Positions 13,218 to 25,289 of a stretch of DNA of 64,000 nt are shown here, piece after piece. The notes under the pieces were generated by a model. It ran no database searches. It saw only the letters and a list, made by a program, of their open reading frames with translations, and was not told the origin of the DNA. Both the position numbers and the translations under genes were made by a program. Within the stretch, counting starts at the first letter, position 1. Each line of letters opens with the position of its first letter. Source of the stretch: Felis catus (taxonomy: Eukaryota); assembly GCF_018350175.1 (NCBI RefSeq), contig NC_058368.1, positions 105,402,001 to 105,466,000 of the forward strand, in the 5' to 3' direction.

Positions 13218-13438
13218 GGGGCACCTGGGTGCCTCAGTCGGTTAAGCATCCGACTTCGACTCAGGTCATGGTATCGCAGTTTGTGAGTTTGAGCCCCACA
13301 TCGGGCTCTGTGCTAAAAATTTAGAACCTGGAGCCTGCTTCGGATTCTGTCTTCCTCTCTCTCTCTGCCCCTTCCCCACTTGTGCTCTGTCTCTCTCAAA
13401 AATAAATAAACATTAAAAAATTAAAAAAATAATAATAA
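13218..13438 (+). mobile_element. CanSINE inserted in a MIR
   Basis: Typical head and tail; short TSD caagctg; MIR-like flanks. Confidence 0.95.
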
Positions 13439-13699
13439 TCAAGCTGAGACACAATAGGACCCAGAGGTGTAATTGTAGAAAGTTCTGTCCAACAACAAAG
13501 TCCAAGCTCTTAACTGGTGCAGCTATATCCACAGGGTTTTCAATCATAGCTGCATCTGTAATCTATATGCCATTTGCAAATTACAATGGTATTTGTATCC
13601 TCATTGTTTCTCTTATACTGGTGATCCATAGTTCCAAGGGTGATAAGAGTTCACAGATCCTCTACAACCCCCTTCACTGGTGTGCAAACCATTTGGTAC

Positions 13700-14242
13700 T
13701 AAAGAAAACCAGAATATGTGACCCACTTTTACATATTGATTATTTTGAATTAAAATACTTAAGAAATAGCAGGTACAAGAAAGACACTCAGATCCTCCTT
13801 TTTCTTCCTGGAAGCAGAACATAAAATCCTCATGCGAAAGTAAACTTTCCTGTATCAGGAGGAAAGAACACATTCTTATCAGGCCAGAGATGGCACCAGA
13901 GGAAACTGTGAACAAAACTTACTCCATTAGTCTCCTCCCATATATTTACCTTCCCATGGTTTGTCACACTTGGAAATCTAAAACCAGTTTCCTTTGTCCT
14001 GTCATTACTCTACAAATTTCTTGTTCTTTTTTGAAGATGCTGTATAAGCCGCCGTTTTAAACTATTACCTGGAATTCTAAGCTGCCATTTTGAGTTAGTT
14101 TTGGTTTCCATTTCTCCCTTATGATGTGCATTGAACACATTAATGAGTTCTTTGTTTTTCTCTTGTTCATCTGGTTTTTTTGCTAGAAAGTCCCAGCTGA
14201 AAACCTGAAATGGGTAGAGGTAAAGTTTTGCCTCTCCTATCA
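13700..14242 (+). mobile_element. MER34-like ERV1 solo LTR
   Basis: cagaatatg...gattattttgaattaaaa 5' motif, TATA-like tgtataagc, 3' end gggtagaggtaaagttttgcctctcctatca. Confidence 0.75.
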
Positions 14243-14493
14243 AAGAAAAGAGATAAGGAGAGTTGAGAAATATAAAAGGACCAAAAAAGACGTGTGTGTG
14301 GCGGGAGAGGGGGGGAGCAGGATTCTGTCTCTTATATAAAGAGAAAGACAGATTGGGATTTTTCTAAGAAAAGTGGCAATATGGAGACAGAGAAAGTATT
14401 TCTGGTACTGGTGATGTTGATTAGGTTAAGAGTTGTATTCTGCACCTGCCATGCACTGTCAGTCAACTACATATATTAGGTTAAGAGTTGCTT

Positions 14494-14717
14494 GGGGCGC
14501 CTGGGTGGCGCAATCGGTTAAGCGTCCGACTTCAGCCAGGTCACGATCTCGCGGTCCATGAGTTCGAGCCCTGCGTCAGGCTCTGGGCTGATGGCTCAGA
14601 GCCTGGAGCCTGTTTCCGATTCTGTGTCTCCCTCTCTCTCTGCCCCTCCCCCGTTCATGCTCTGTCTCTCTCTGTCCCAAAAATAAATAAACGTTGAAAA
14701 AAAAAATTAAAAAAAAA
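14494..14717 (+). mobile_element. Very young felid SINE
   Basis: Diagnostic cttcagccaggtcacg and ctgggctgatggctc; TSD aagagttgctt. Confidence 0.97.
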
Positions 14718-14829
14718 AAGAGTTGCTTGATGGCAAGAAACATGTCTAGTTCAAGATTGCTAAAACTAGGGCCTGAATACAGGAAGTATTCAATGTCTGT
14801 TAAATTGCAGTGTGACTTTACATTGCACA

Positions 14830-15170
14830 GTGATTGATAACAGACAAAAGACTGGATATAACTTAATCTTGTCCATCAAGGGAGACCTGGTTAAATAAAT
14901 CCTTACTTGCAAACCACTAAGATAATAATGTATGATTCCATGTGCTATTATAAAATGTTCTCCAGAATACACTATTAAGTGAAGAAAGCAATGTATAGAA
15001 TATTCCCCCACTGAGGTAAAAAAAAATAAATAAATAGGGAGATTTTATATATAGTAGAATATATCTGGAAGGATACAATAGGCTATATACAGTGAATGTC
15101 TCTAGGGAGTAGGACTGAGTATTATAGGTGGATAGAGAATCATTCTTCACTGTATATCTTTTTAACCTTT
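14830..15170 (+). mobile_element. Old L1ME-like 3' fragment
   Basis: gtccatcaagggagacctggttaaataaat and ctattaagtgaagaaagcaa motifs. Confidence 0.6.
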
Positions 15171-15236
15171 GGGAATCTTTTAATTTATAATCTTATTAAT
15201 TTTTTCATGTAAAAATCTCTTAAAAATAATATCACC

Positions 15237-15456
15237 GGGGCGCCTGGGTGGCGCAGTCGGTTAAGCGTCCGACTTCAGCCAGGTCACGATCTCGCGGTCC
15301 GTGAGTTCGAGCCCCGCGTCAGGCTCTGGGCTGATGGCTCAGAGCCTGGAGCCTGTTTCCGATTCTGTGTCTCCCTCTCTCTCTGCCCCTCCCCCGTTCA
15401 TGCTCTGTCTCTCTCTGTCCCAAAAATAAATAAACGTTGAAAAAAAAAATTTAAAA
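15237..15456 (+). mobile_element. Very young felid SINE
   Basis: CpGs retained; perfect 15-bp TSD aaaaataatatcacc. Confidence 0.97.
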
Positions 15457-15509
15457 AAAAATAATATCACCAAAAACAATTCAGTATCACCATGTATTCA
15501 GTTCTTTCA

Positions 15510-15680
15510 CATACCTTATTGTATTTAATATAATCAACAACATGTCTTATAGATGAAGAAATTGAGGCTCGGAGACCATAAGTGACTTGCACTATGTCAC
15601 ACAACTTGACAGTAAACAGCCTAACCAGTATTTGACCCACAAATCCTTGGGCTCCACACCCACTGATGCTTTTTTCACAG
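15510..15680 (-). mobile_element. MIR
   Basis: ttatagatgaagaaattgaggctcggagaccataagtgacttgc core. Confidence 0.75.
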
Positions 15681-16384
15681 CTCCTTCAGACCAAGTGCGT
15701 ATGACTATAAAACCATAGTACACCTTAATATTGTTCAGTCAGTTTAATTATGTGCTCAAGCTTGTTGCTTTTGCTACAGATGGCCAGTCAAGCTTTAAAA
15801 CACCACATAATATTTTCCATAAACCTCCTCCTTCCAGCCCTTACAATTCTTTCTTAGGGGGTCCAAGTTCTTCATCTACCTGGCCCTCATCTCTGGCTTT
15901 ATGATGGGGAATTGTGTCTTTGCACCAACTCTTATTTCCAGCTTATATGTTACTTCTGTTTGCCTGGCTATCACAAGCCCCTGAATGCCTGATCTGCCAT
16001 CTTGGTCTTCCCATGTTACACATATCACTCCTCTCCACTATCTTTCATACTCTTTCTTCACTGAACTCTAAACGCTACTGATTTCCATTGCTTTTTTTCT
16101 AAGTACTACATTATCTCCCCATTATTCTATACAACTTCCTATTCTCCAACCCATTTCCAAATCCCCAAAAGAATCCACCTCTGGTAAGAGTTCCTTATCC
16201 TCCACTGAGCTTGGCTATGTTGATACCTTTTATCCCAATCCACATATTTGGGTGTTTTTGTACATTATTTTATTGTATTACCACACTCCTTAATAGCAGC
16301 TAAATGCCACCTCTCTGACATTAAAATGCAAGATAACATACATTAAAAATAGTCCTTAAAAAATGCAATTAGAACCCCATGGTT

Positions 16385-16615
16385 GGCAGTATAGTCCAGT
16401 GGTTAGAAGCATGGCTTTGAAATTAGTTAAATCTTGGGTTTGAATTGTACTTTTGTCAATTAATAACTGGGTGGGCTTGGGAAATTTTCTTAATCATATC
16501 AATTTCCCCTTTTGTAAAATGAGGACAACAACACTTTCTTTATAGGTTTTCTGTGGTGATTATGTGAGATAATACAAGTAAAGTGCTTGAGATATTAGTG
16601 AGTTCAATGTAAATG
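16385..16615 (+). mobile_element. MIR, near full length
   Basis: ggcagtatagtccagtggttagaagcatggctttg ... tgtaaaatgagga ... gagataatacaagtaaagtgctt. Confidence 0.85.
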
Positions 16616-17204
16616 CCAAATAAATGCCCATCCTTTTGTCCTCACATTTCCATCAGCTCTACATAACCTTGCAAAACACATCCTTCTCTTCCCCGACCCC
16701 CATTCTACCCACCTTTTGGCCTCAATTCCCATCATCTCCATGGAGAACAAGAGAAACAATAAGCAAAACATTTCCCCTAAATCATAAAACTCTAGGTTCT
16801 AATCTGTAATATTTAACTCAATTTTTTTTGGTAAACAATAAGAATCTAATGCTACATTAAAATTCATTAAAAAAAGCTATCTGGTATTCATTTACATTAA
16901 TTATAGTGGTGATTGCCTATGGCTAATGCCAGTAAATGTATTCCAGCTTCGAGTTCTATTTTTAGACAACTGCTCTAAGGATCATCAGACACCTGTCCTA
17001 TTTAGCAGCTGGAATATTTAAGCTCCATAGTGCTTTCAAAATAGCAGACAAGCCAGCCACAAAGACATATTTTAAACAAAGGGGTTTCAGTATTGAAGAT
17101 CATGATTTGAATTCTTTCAATGCTACCATAATAGAAGCATGTTAAAATCCAAAAGAATATAAGGCTGTGACACCAAACAACGTTAGATAAAGAAAAAGTG
17201 GATT

Positions 17205-17320
17205 GGGTGCCTGGCTGGCTCAGTCAGCGGAGCATACAACTCTTGATCTCGGGGTTGTGAGTTCAAGCCCCATGTTGGGTATGGAGATTACTTAAAAATA
17301 AAATAAATCCTTAAAAAACA
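17205..17320 (+). mobile_element. Short old CanSINE (tRNA-Lys-like head, no CT tract)
   Basis: gggtgcctggctggctcagtc...ctcttgatctcggggttgtgagttcaagcccc...gagattacttaaaaataaaa. Confidence 0.9.
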
Positions 17321-17499
17321 TAAAAGAAATAAAAATTGGAATTACTTGCAGACAAAAGAAAAAAAATGTCTTCCCCACTTTCCCATTTCTATACCTTGAC
17401 TGAAGTTGCTAGAATCAAATAAGAATGGACATGGGCCCCACAAAATTCCCATAAATTGAGGGAAATTTTGAACATCTCTAATATGCCAAGCTATCTTCT

Positions 17500-17700
17500 G
17501 AGTTGGAAGGAATCTTCAGAGATTTCCCTGAGACAATCTAACACAAATTCCCCTGTTTTACCCAGCAGGAAACTGAGGCTCAGAGAGTTAAAGTGAAAGT
17601 CTCAACATGGATTCCAAGATTGTCAAATGAATCATGGTAATAGTGGGATTCAACATAAAATGACTGGTATTTCTCACCCAGTCTCAGGGTATAAAGCATA
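17500..17700 (-). mobile_element. MIR
   Basis: aggaaactgaggctcagagagttaaagtga core. Confidence 0.75.
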
Positions 17701-19002
17701 ACTGCTCTAAGTGAGCACAGTAACCCATGCTCATTGGAGAGAGACTGGGTTATGAGTAGGTGTGTAACCCAGTAACAGTCAAGCATGGGGATGATTTCTG
17801 GAAGAGGTTTTGATCCCTAATAAGAGAAACAGTGAGGAAGACTACATTTTACATAAAATCACCCAGTCAAGGATTTGGTGACTGTCTATCTAATACTGTA
17901 CTAGAGGCATAAAGATGCCAAGATGTTGCCTTCCAGTCAGTTAAGAGATGCCATTTTGGCTGAAAAATTCGAACAGTTCAGTACAAAGTGAATGAAGCAG
18001 ATAAAAGAGTACTGAAAGCTCAAACCAAGAAGCAATCATTGAAAACAGGATTTTAAGGAAGATATTGTGAAGAGGCAGAACTTCACCTGAGCTTGGAAGA
18101 AAAAGGAGTATTTGGGGCAGAACAGAACACTGTTTAGTATATTCTGGTAGTGGAATAACAAGTTAGGGAAGGGAAAATCAACAAAATTAAGTGTTATGTT
18201 GTCTGTTCCGTTCGTGTTCTGAAAGGGCAATTTAGAGTTATTTACATTTTAAATTAATATTCAAGAATTTTTTAATTTAATGTTTCCTTAACCCTTTGAG
18301 ATCAACAGCCACATCTTCTACTTAAAAATCTAATACTTGTTATATAAAACAAGAAAAATCACTCTCAGGTATTTTTATTCATATTCAATTAACTCATGTT
18401 GAACAGACTAAATTCACCCACATAGTTTGGTTTAAATCCTTAATTACATTTTATACCACATTTTAAGTCCCACATTTGATATATTTTTTTTTGATAAGCT
18501 TTTCAAATGTTTGAATAGACATACTTAAACCCTCACACGTAAGATCTTTCTCACCTTGTACATAACCCTTACAGATCAAATAAACTAAATGAATGTAAAT
18601 CACAATTGTTCTTAATTAGTACAAAACTGATTTTTAAAAATATCCAAATTCCATTACACTTTTCCACTTGTCATATATATAAACCAAATACATATTTCAA
18701 ATGGAAGTCACAAGTGAAAATCTCTCAGATTAACAAATACATACATTTTCCTAATGATTGTGTAAAATGTTCTTATACAAAAGCATAAGTACCATGGGCT
18801 TGGTTTACCTTATTGTATTCGTATTTAATTATAAATCTGCCTGAATATGAAGGCTTCATTAATAAGATTTATCATCTCAGGTGGAATGACGTTATTAAAT
18901 TAAAATACAGTTGTTTATTGTTCAGAAATTGAAGACCTGGAAGTAGGACTTGAGTTCTACATCTCCATGATTTTGCTGGAGTCACAAATGGACTGTACCT
19001 TT

Positions 19003-19023
19003 TTTTTTTTATGTTTATTTGTT

Positions 19024-19064
<41 letters not shown>

Positions 19065-19234
19065 CAGCACAAGCGGGGAAGGGGCAGAGAGACAGGGAGA
19101 CACTGAATCCGAAGCAGGCTCCAGGCTCTGAGCTGTCAGCACAGAGCCTGATGCGGAGCTTGAACCCACAAACCACAACATCATGACCTGAACTAAAGAC
19201 AGAGGCTTAACTGTCTGGGCAACCCAGGCATCCC
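19003..19234 (-). mobile_element. CanSINE
   Basis: TSD tggact(g/a)taccttt; (GA)n tract. Confidence 0.95.
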
Positions 19235-19424
19235 TGGACTATACCTTTGTTGTATAAACTGTGAAAACAAACCCATACCATTCATCAAATCAATTTTAAG
19301 CATCTAACTGGGGTAGCTAGAATTCTGCAGCCTCACTGTAGTTGCAATTAACTTCCTTCATTCTTTGATTTGATTCTATTAATATATTTACTGCCTCCTG
19401 GGATCCTGCAAACTTTCCTTTTTT

Positions 19425-19469
19425 GTTTGTTTTGTTTTGTTTTGTTTTGTTTTGTTTTGTTTTGTTTTT
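19425..19469. repeat. (GTTTT)n microsatellite
   Basis: Direct reading. Confidence 0.95.
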
Positions 19470-20025
19470 GTCCTGATTGGAGCTTCCATGTTCCTCCTAC
19501 TTTGGTCTAGCTCTAGACATAACCTGTAATCTTTTTAACAACATATTGGCTTTGCAGAGGATCTGGTCCACAGTATTCCAAGTTCTTTAACAGAGATCGC
19601 TTGCCAAGGAACAGGTGCCAAAGAAGAAGGTCTCTAAGGACATGAAACTGACTCTGATCATGGAAAGTTCAAGATGGGAGGTAATAGAGAGTGTTGGAAT
19701 GGTCTGAATGGAAGTCAGGCAGAATATGCGTTCAAGGGAGTCAAGGAAGGCTTCACTGGGTGAAGTGATAATAGTTGCCTAATGGTGGAGAAATAGAAAA
19801 GACAGTAGCTGTGAGAATGTGGTCCTGAAGGAGAAATGGCTCTGTTCAAAGTCTCTGGAAAATTTATGATGGTAAAATCCAGGATTTTACCTCATGTGCA
19901 AATGATACAGAGAAGGTAAAGATGTGTAACATTACAGAGATTGAAGGATTTAGGAGACTAATATTTACTAATGAAGATGTAAAAAGCATTGGGATTCATG
20001 GCACAGGTGGCACAGGTAAAGAATG

Positions 20026-21358
20026 AAATTTGATCCCAGGGTTCTAGCCATCTACTAGAGAGGACCCATGGCAAAAAATAAATAAATTAAAATTAAAATT
20101 AAAAAAATCCATATTCAACTAACATTCTGGACAATCTAAGGACATCTAAGCAATGAGCCAGCTGCCCCTTCATTTCAAGCAAAATTTAAAACATCAAAAA
20201 TTCCAACTGATAACAAAAACTGAAAAAATACAGTCACTTTACAGGTGGTAGTAATAATGGAATTTGATCTGTGGCAATTTTAAAAATAGTTTTATAGAAA
20301 ATAAAGTTGTGGAAAAAATGATAAAACATGTTCTTTTACCACATCTACTAATATCAGCCATATTTGAAATTATATTCCAAGATTGGTTTGCGTTGTCTTT
20401 TATAATATACTTGTAAATGTGTCTGTTAGGTGACCTGTATTTCAAACAGAAAAACTGAAACCCAGGAGGTTGGGAAACTTCTCATTCCCCATAGGAGTCC
20501 TAGAAGGAAAGAAGAGGAAAAACTACTGAGGCTCAACTTGTTTCCCTAAATGCTAAGGGGCTTTATCATTCCATCCTTAATTCAAGTGTACTTGCCAGAA
20601 ATTTAACAGGAACAAGGGAAGGCAAATTTAGCCTGTTCATCAGAGATATCAACTATATTTTTGGTGAAAATTTTAGTTCCAAATAGAGTTGCCACAATCA
20701 GCAAATAAAACTACAGAATACTCCATTAACTTTGAATTAGAGATAAACAACTGGGAGGGGTTTTTTGTTGTTGTTTTTTGGGTTTGTTTGTTTGGTATAA
20801 GTATGTCACAAATAGTGCATGGAACATACTTACACTTAAAAAATTCATTATTTATTTGAGATGCAAATTTAAGTGGATGTGTTGAATTTTAGCTGATAGC
20901 TCTAGTTGTACTAGTTCTAGTAGAGTTTAGTGACTTGAAATCAAAAGGTCGTGGAATAGGAGTATTTGACAAATAACACTAATACAGGTAATAACCTAAT
21001 CCAAGCCATCAAGGTCCTTCCACTTCCTATCCTTTACTTCTATCCCTGTAATATATTTTACATTTTAGTGCATATTCTTACACAGCCAAGAGAGCTAATA
21101 ACAAAAGCATTAAGATCAATGGCAAAGGTAAGAAAAGAAAGGAAAAAGGAAAAGAAAGGAAAGAAATTTGACCTCAGAGCTCCAGCCAGCTACTCTAGAG
21201 GACCCCATGGCAAAATATCCCCATTCAACAACATTCTGGACAATCCAAAGATGTCTAAGCAAGAAGCCAGCTGCCCCTTCATTTCAAGCAACACCAGAAA
21301 CATCAAAAACCAAAACTATTAACAAGAACTGAGAAAATACAGTGACTTTAGAGCAGGT
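20026..21358 (+). repeat. Diverged direct duplication of about 200 bp (copies about 20026-20246 and 21164-21358)
   Basis: Shared aacattctggacaatc, gccagctgccccttcatttcaagcaa, aaacatcaaaaa and aaatacagt(c/g)acttta. Confidence 0.9.
20684..20904. mobile_element. MER53 palindromic hAT MITE
   Basis: Termini tagagttgcc...gatagctcta; central inverted arms gtataagtatgtc / aacatacttacac. Confidence 0.85.
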
Positions 21359-21511
21359 AAGCTAGTAAGAAAGTTAGCATAGTTTTCATGCAACCGATAT
21401 AACCAACTGCACACAATTTAAAACAGCTAAAACTTTGCCTGTTTAATAACTGATTGACATGTCATATAAATGGAAGTAAGCATCAGTTGATTATTGACTT
21501 CACATTTTTAA

Positions 21512-21724
21512 AATTTTTTTTTAACATTTATTTATTTCTGAGAGCTAGAGACAGAGCACAAGTGGGGGAGGGGCAGACAGAGAGGGAGACACAGAATCTG
21601 AAGCAGGCTCCAGTCTCAGGGCTGTCAGCACAGAGCCTGAAGCCGGGCTTGAACTCACCGACAGTGAGATCATGACCTGGACCAAAGTCGGATGCTTAAC
21701 TAACTGAGTCACCCAGGTATCCCT
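21512..21724 (-). mobile_element. CanSINE
   Basis: TSD tgacttcacatttttaa. Confidence 0.95.
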
Positions 21725-21774
21725 GACTTCACATTTTTAACTAAAATTAAAACTCTCTCTCTTAAATACATACA

Positions 21775-21805
21775 TAAAATAAAATAAAATAAAATAAAAT
21801 AAAAT
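21775..21805. repeat. (TAAAA)n microsatellite
   Basis: Direct reading. Confidence 0.9.
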
Positions 21806-22031
21806 GGGCGCCTCGGTGGCTCAGTCGGTTAGGCATCTGACTCTTGGTTTTGGCTCAGGTCGTGATTTCATGATTGAGAGTTCAAGCCCCACACTGGGCA
21901 CTGTGCTGAGCATGGAACCTGCTTGAGATGCTCACTCTTTTGTCTCCTTCTGCCCATTCCTTGCTTGCATGGGTCCTCTCTCTCTCTCTCTCTCTCTCTC
22001 AAAAATAAATTAATTAATTAATTTAATTAAA
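21806..22031 (+). mobile_element. CanSINE
   Basis: gggcgcctcggtggctcag head, CT tract, AT-rich tail. Confidence 0.95.
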
Positions 22032-22078
22032 GCCCCAAATTCTCAATTCATTGTGTGTCAATAAAAAGTTATCCCCAC

Positions 22079-22290
22079 AGCGCCTGGGTGGCTCAGTCAG
22101 TTGAGGCTCCGACTTTGGCTCAGGTTGTGATCCTGTAGTCTGTGAGTATGAGCCCCGTGTCAGGCTCTGTGCTGACAGCTCAGAGTCTGGAACCTGCTTT
22201 GGATTCTGTGTCTCCCTCTCTCTCTATCCCTCTCCCACTCATGCTCTGTCTCTCTCTCTCTGTCAAAAATAAATAAAAACATTTAAAAAA
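22079..22290 (+). mobile_element. CanSINE
   Basis: Degenerate TSD aagt(t/c)atcccca. Confidence 0.95.
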
Positions 22291-22438
22291 AAGAAGTCAT
22301 CCCCATTGAATGAGTGTCAAATGCATGAGAGTAAATGAAATTCCTGGAGGAGGGAGTGAAGAGAAGACAGAATGTCCATGATATCAGTACAGAGAGGAGA
22401 GGGGAAAAAGCGTTAGCAAATAAATGTCTATCAACATA

Positions 22439-22941
22439 TGATAAGCAGAGTAACACCCCTCTCCCCAAAGATGTTCATGCCCTAATCCCTAAAGCCTATG
22501 AATATGTTATCCTACATGGCAAAAGGGGCATTGCAGATGTGATTAAATTTAAGGATCCTGAAATGGGGAGAATATCCTGGATTATCTAGGTGGAGCCAAA
22601 CTAACTACGTGAGCCTTTAAAAGTAGAGGCTCTTCCTTTGCTGCAGAGAACTAGATAGATGGCAGCATGAGAGGGACATGACTCACCATTACTGGCTTTG
22701 AAGACTGTGGCAGGGAACATGAGCCGAGGAATGCAGATGGTCTCTAGAAGGTAGAAAAAACAAGGAAATAGCTTCTCCCTTCGAGCTTCCAGGGAGAAGC
22801 TCAGCACTGCCAACACTTTTATTTTAATTCAAGTAGACCTGTGTCTGGCTTCTGACCTGCAGGACTGTAAGATAATATAATTTGTGTGGATCTCAATGTC
22901 TATATTTGTGGTAATCTTTGGCAGCAATAGAAAACTAATAC
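22439..22941 (+). mobile_element. MLT1D-type solo LTR
   Basis: cccaaagatgttcatgccctaatccc...gaatatgttatcctacatggcaaaagg...ttgcagatgtgattaa; ends gcagcaatagaaaactaatac. Confidence 0.85.
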
Positions 22942-23924
22942 CTAAGGCTTGGCTATTTCCAATTAAAACACTTAAAAAATTTGAGAGTGGCAGTCTCACA
23001 GGGAAGGTCTCAGTTCAAGGATCTTTATGAGAAAATAAAAGGATTTTTCTCTTGATATCTGGATTTGAATTTGGATGCTCTCTCCCACGGATGGTTACAT
23101 CTCCTTGCCCAATTTAGAAGGTGCTCCTAGAAATTGTCAAAACACTGACTACCCCACCATCTTGCATTAGAATCTACTCATGCGGCTATAGAGACACAGA
23201 CACGATTTTTAAGCACAAAGTAAAATGAAAAAAAAAAAAAAAGAGGTAGATTTCAACAAATACTTAAGCTCTAAAGCAGAAAATAGTTCAAAATTCTGTT
23301 ATTCCCTAGGAAGCATTGTACTCCATTAAGCATATACTAGGAACTCACAGCTTTAAAGAGCATTTTAAAGAAAAGATTTGGGTATGGGTGTGAATAGCTA
23401 CTGTCATTTAATATGTGAGTAATCAAGCAAAAGCCTTACTTGCTGATTTTTTAGAAAATATTAATTGTAGAACTTCTGTGTTACAAAGAATCTTAAAGAT
23501 AAAATAAGCCAACATCATTCATTCAATACATAAATGCCCTTTTACTCATTCTTCATGTGACATAAAAATGAATTGCTCTAACAAAATGAAGACAGAATTC
23601 TTAATTGAATGACAGCAGTATGAATAATTCAATAGAGGCGAGGAATTTTAGTACCAATGCATTGACGCATTTATAAAGCTAGCAAAACCTTGTCTGTTGC
23701 CTGTAAAATGTCTCAAGAATTGCAGAAATTCACTCTGCAGCAGGATGAAAATTTAGCACTCTAATCTCGGATAATGAGTTGGTTAAAGAATTTGGTGGCA
23801 GATTATTAAATAATTTGCATTCACTAGCAGAATACAGCAGTAATGTGGCAAAGGTCTATCTGAATTAAAATTAAATGGGATGCATTTGCTAACCAAGTGA
23901 TCATGCAATTTAAAAGCGAGTCTA

Positions 23925-24060
23925 GGAGTGCCTGGGTGGCTCAAGCGGGTAAGCGTCCAACTCTTGATTTCAGCTCAAGTCACAATCTCATGGTTTGTGA
24001 GATAGAGCCCCACATGAGACTCTGTGCTGACAGCATGGAGCCTGCTTGGGATTCTTTCTT

Positions 24061-24106
<46 letters not shown>

Positions 24107-24180
24107 CCCCTACCCCACACTTGATAGATAGATAGATACCTAGATAGAGAGATAGATAGATAGATAGATAGATAGATAGG
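23925..24180 (+). mobile_element. CanSINE whose tail is a (GATA)n array (24123-24178)
   Basis: Head and CT tract; TSD ag(c/t)gagtctag at 23915-23925 and 24181-24191. Confidence 0.9.
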
Positions 24181-25059
24181 AGTGAGTCTAGAAATTACCA
24201 GGTTAACACTGTGCCTTTTCAACATTTTGAATTCTCTTCTTTATAGATGATACGGAATCTCTTCTTCATAGATGGATGTAGCCCAGTTTTTAAGAAAAGA
24301 CCCCCAAATTTAACTTCTCTACAGCTTCTTCTCCAAGAACAGGTGATTAAATCATGACAATGTTTCTAACTATGAATGGGTGTCACATAGAATGTGATAT
24401 TTATCAATTGAAAACTGATAAATAATTTTCAAGCACATCCGAGAATTATATAAACAAACACCACTAAACAGTGTCAGTTCAGAAAGGCAACATTTTGAAC
24501 AATGTTTTGTCTACACATTTGGGTTTTCTGCCTACCAAACTTTCCTTTCTTGTCTTCATTTCTGAACATTACAAAGATGTTTAGTTTATTTCAGGGTATT
24601 CATCATTGCTGAACTTATAATTCCCAGCTAGGAATGACTCAGAATGCCCTCAATTTTTTTTGCCCTGCAGTCTTTGCTTACCTAAAGGTTACCTATCTCT
24701 GATGTTCATACTGCTCAACTAACGTCAGGAAACAATGATCATTCTTATGATTTGCTTCAGAAAAGTGAAGACAGCTGTTGGGTAGTCAGTCTGTGAAGCA
24801 CTTGCCTTTTGAATATAAATGAAGTGCTTCTTAAATTTCAGTTCTTTCTTTCCTTATCTGTATTCATCCAGCAGCTGATGAAACTGTACTATGTCTTCCA
24901 AATTATTTGGCATTTTATTTTGTCTGAAGAATTGTAACATCAATATAAATCAGCTGAGAATTTTTAAAAGTGGCAATAAAAGTCCTGAGGCACATTCAAT
25001 GAATTAAAGGCTTCTGATGCATGATTCTGATTTAGTTTAGCTTTTAGGTAATTGCTCTT

Positions 25060-25289
25060 TTTTTTTTTTTTTTTTAATTTTTTTTTCAACGTTTATTTAT
25101 TTTTGGGACAGAGAGAGACAGAGCATGAACGGGGGAGGGGCAGAGAGAGAGGGAGACACAGAATCGGAAACAGGCTCCAGGGTCCGAGCCATCAGCCCAG
25201 AGCCTGATGCGGGACTCGAACTCACGGACCGCGAGATCGTGACCTGGCTGAAGTCGGACGCTTAACCGACTGCGCCACCCAGGCGCCCC
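25060..25289 (-). mobile_element. Very young felid SINE
   Basis: Perfect 15-bp TSD taggtaattgctctt; long homopolymer tail; same diagnostics as the copies at 14494 and 15237. Confidence 0.97.

Noticed and set aside
14488..14697. Recurring ORFs such as LGAPGWR..LSVRLQPGHDLAV and AQSLEPASDSVSPSLS
   Set aside because: Translations of CanSINE sequence, not genes
17205..17280. tRNA-Lys(CTT)-like sequence (also about 37250-37323 and 43940-44015)
   Set aside because: Followed by the SINE-specific gagattac and A tail, with mismatched stems; SINE heads, not tRNA genes
19904..19914. gatacagagaag, matching part of U6 snRNA
   Set aside because: Only about 12 nt; flanks do not match U6
20340..20434. Minus-strand 95-nt cassette (SPNRHIYKYIIKDNANQSWNIISNMADISRC)
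   Set aside because: Weak donor (gtaaaa), unrecognised peptide, no compatible neighbour identified
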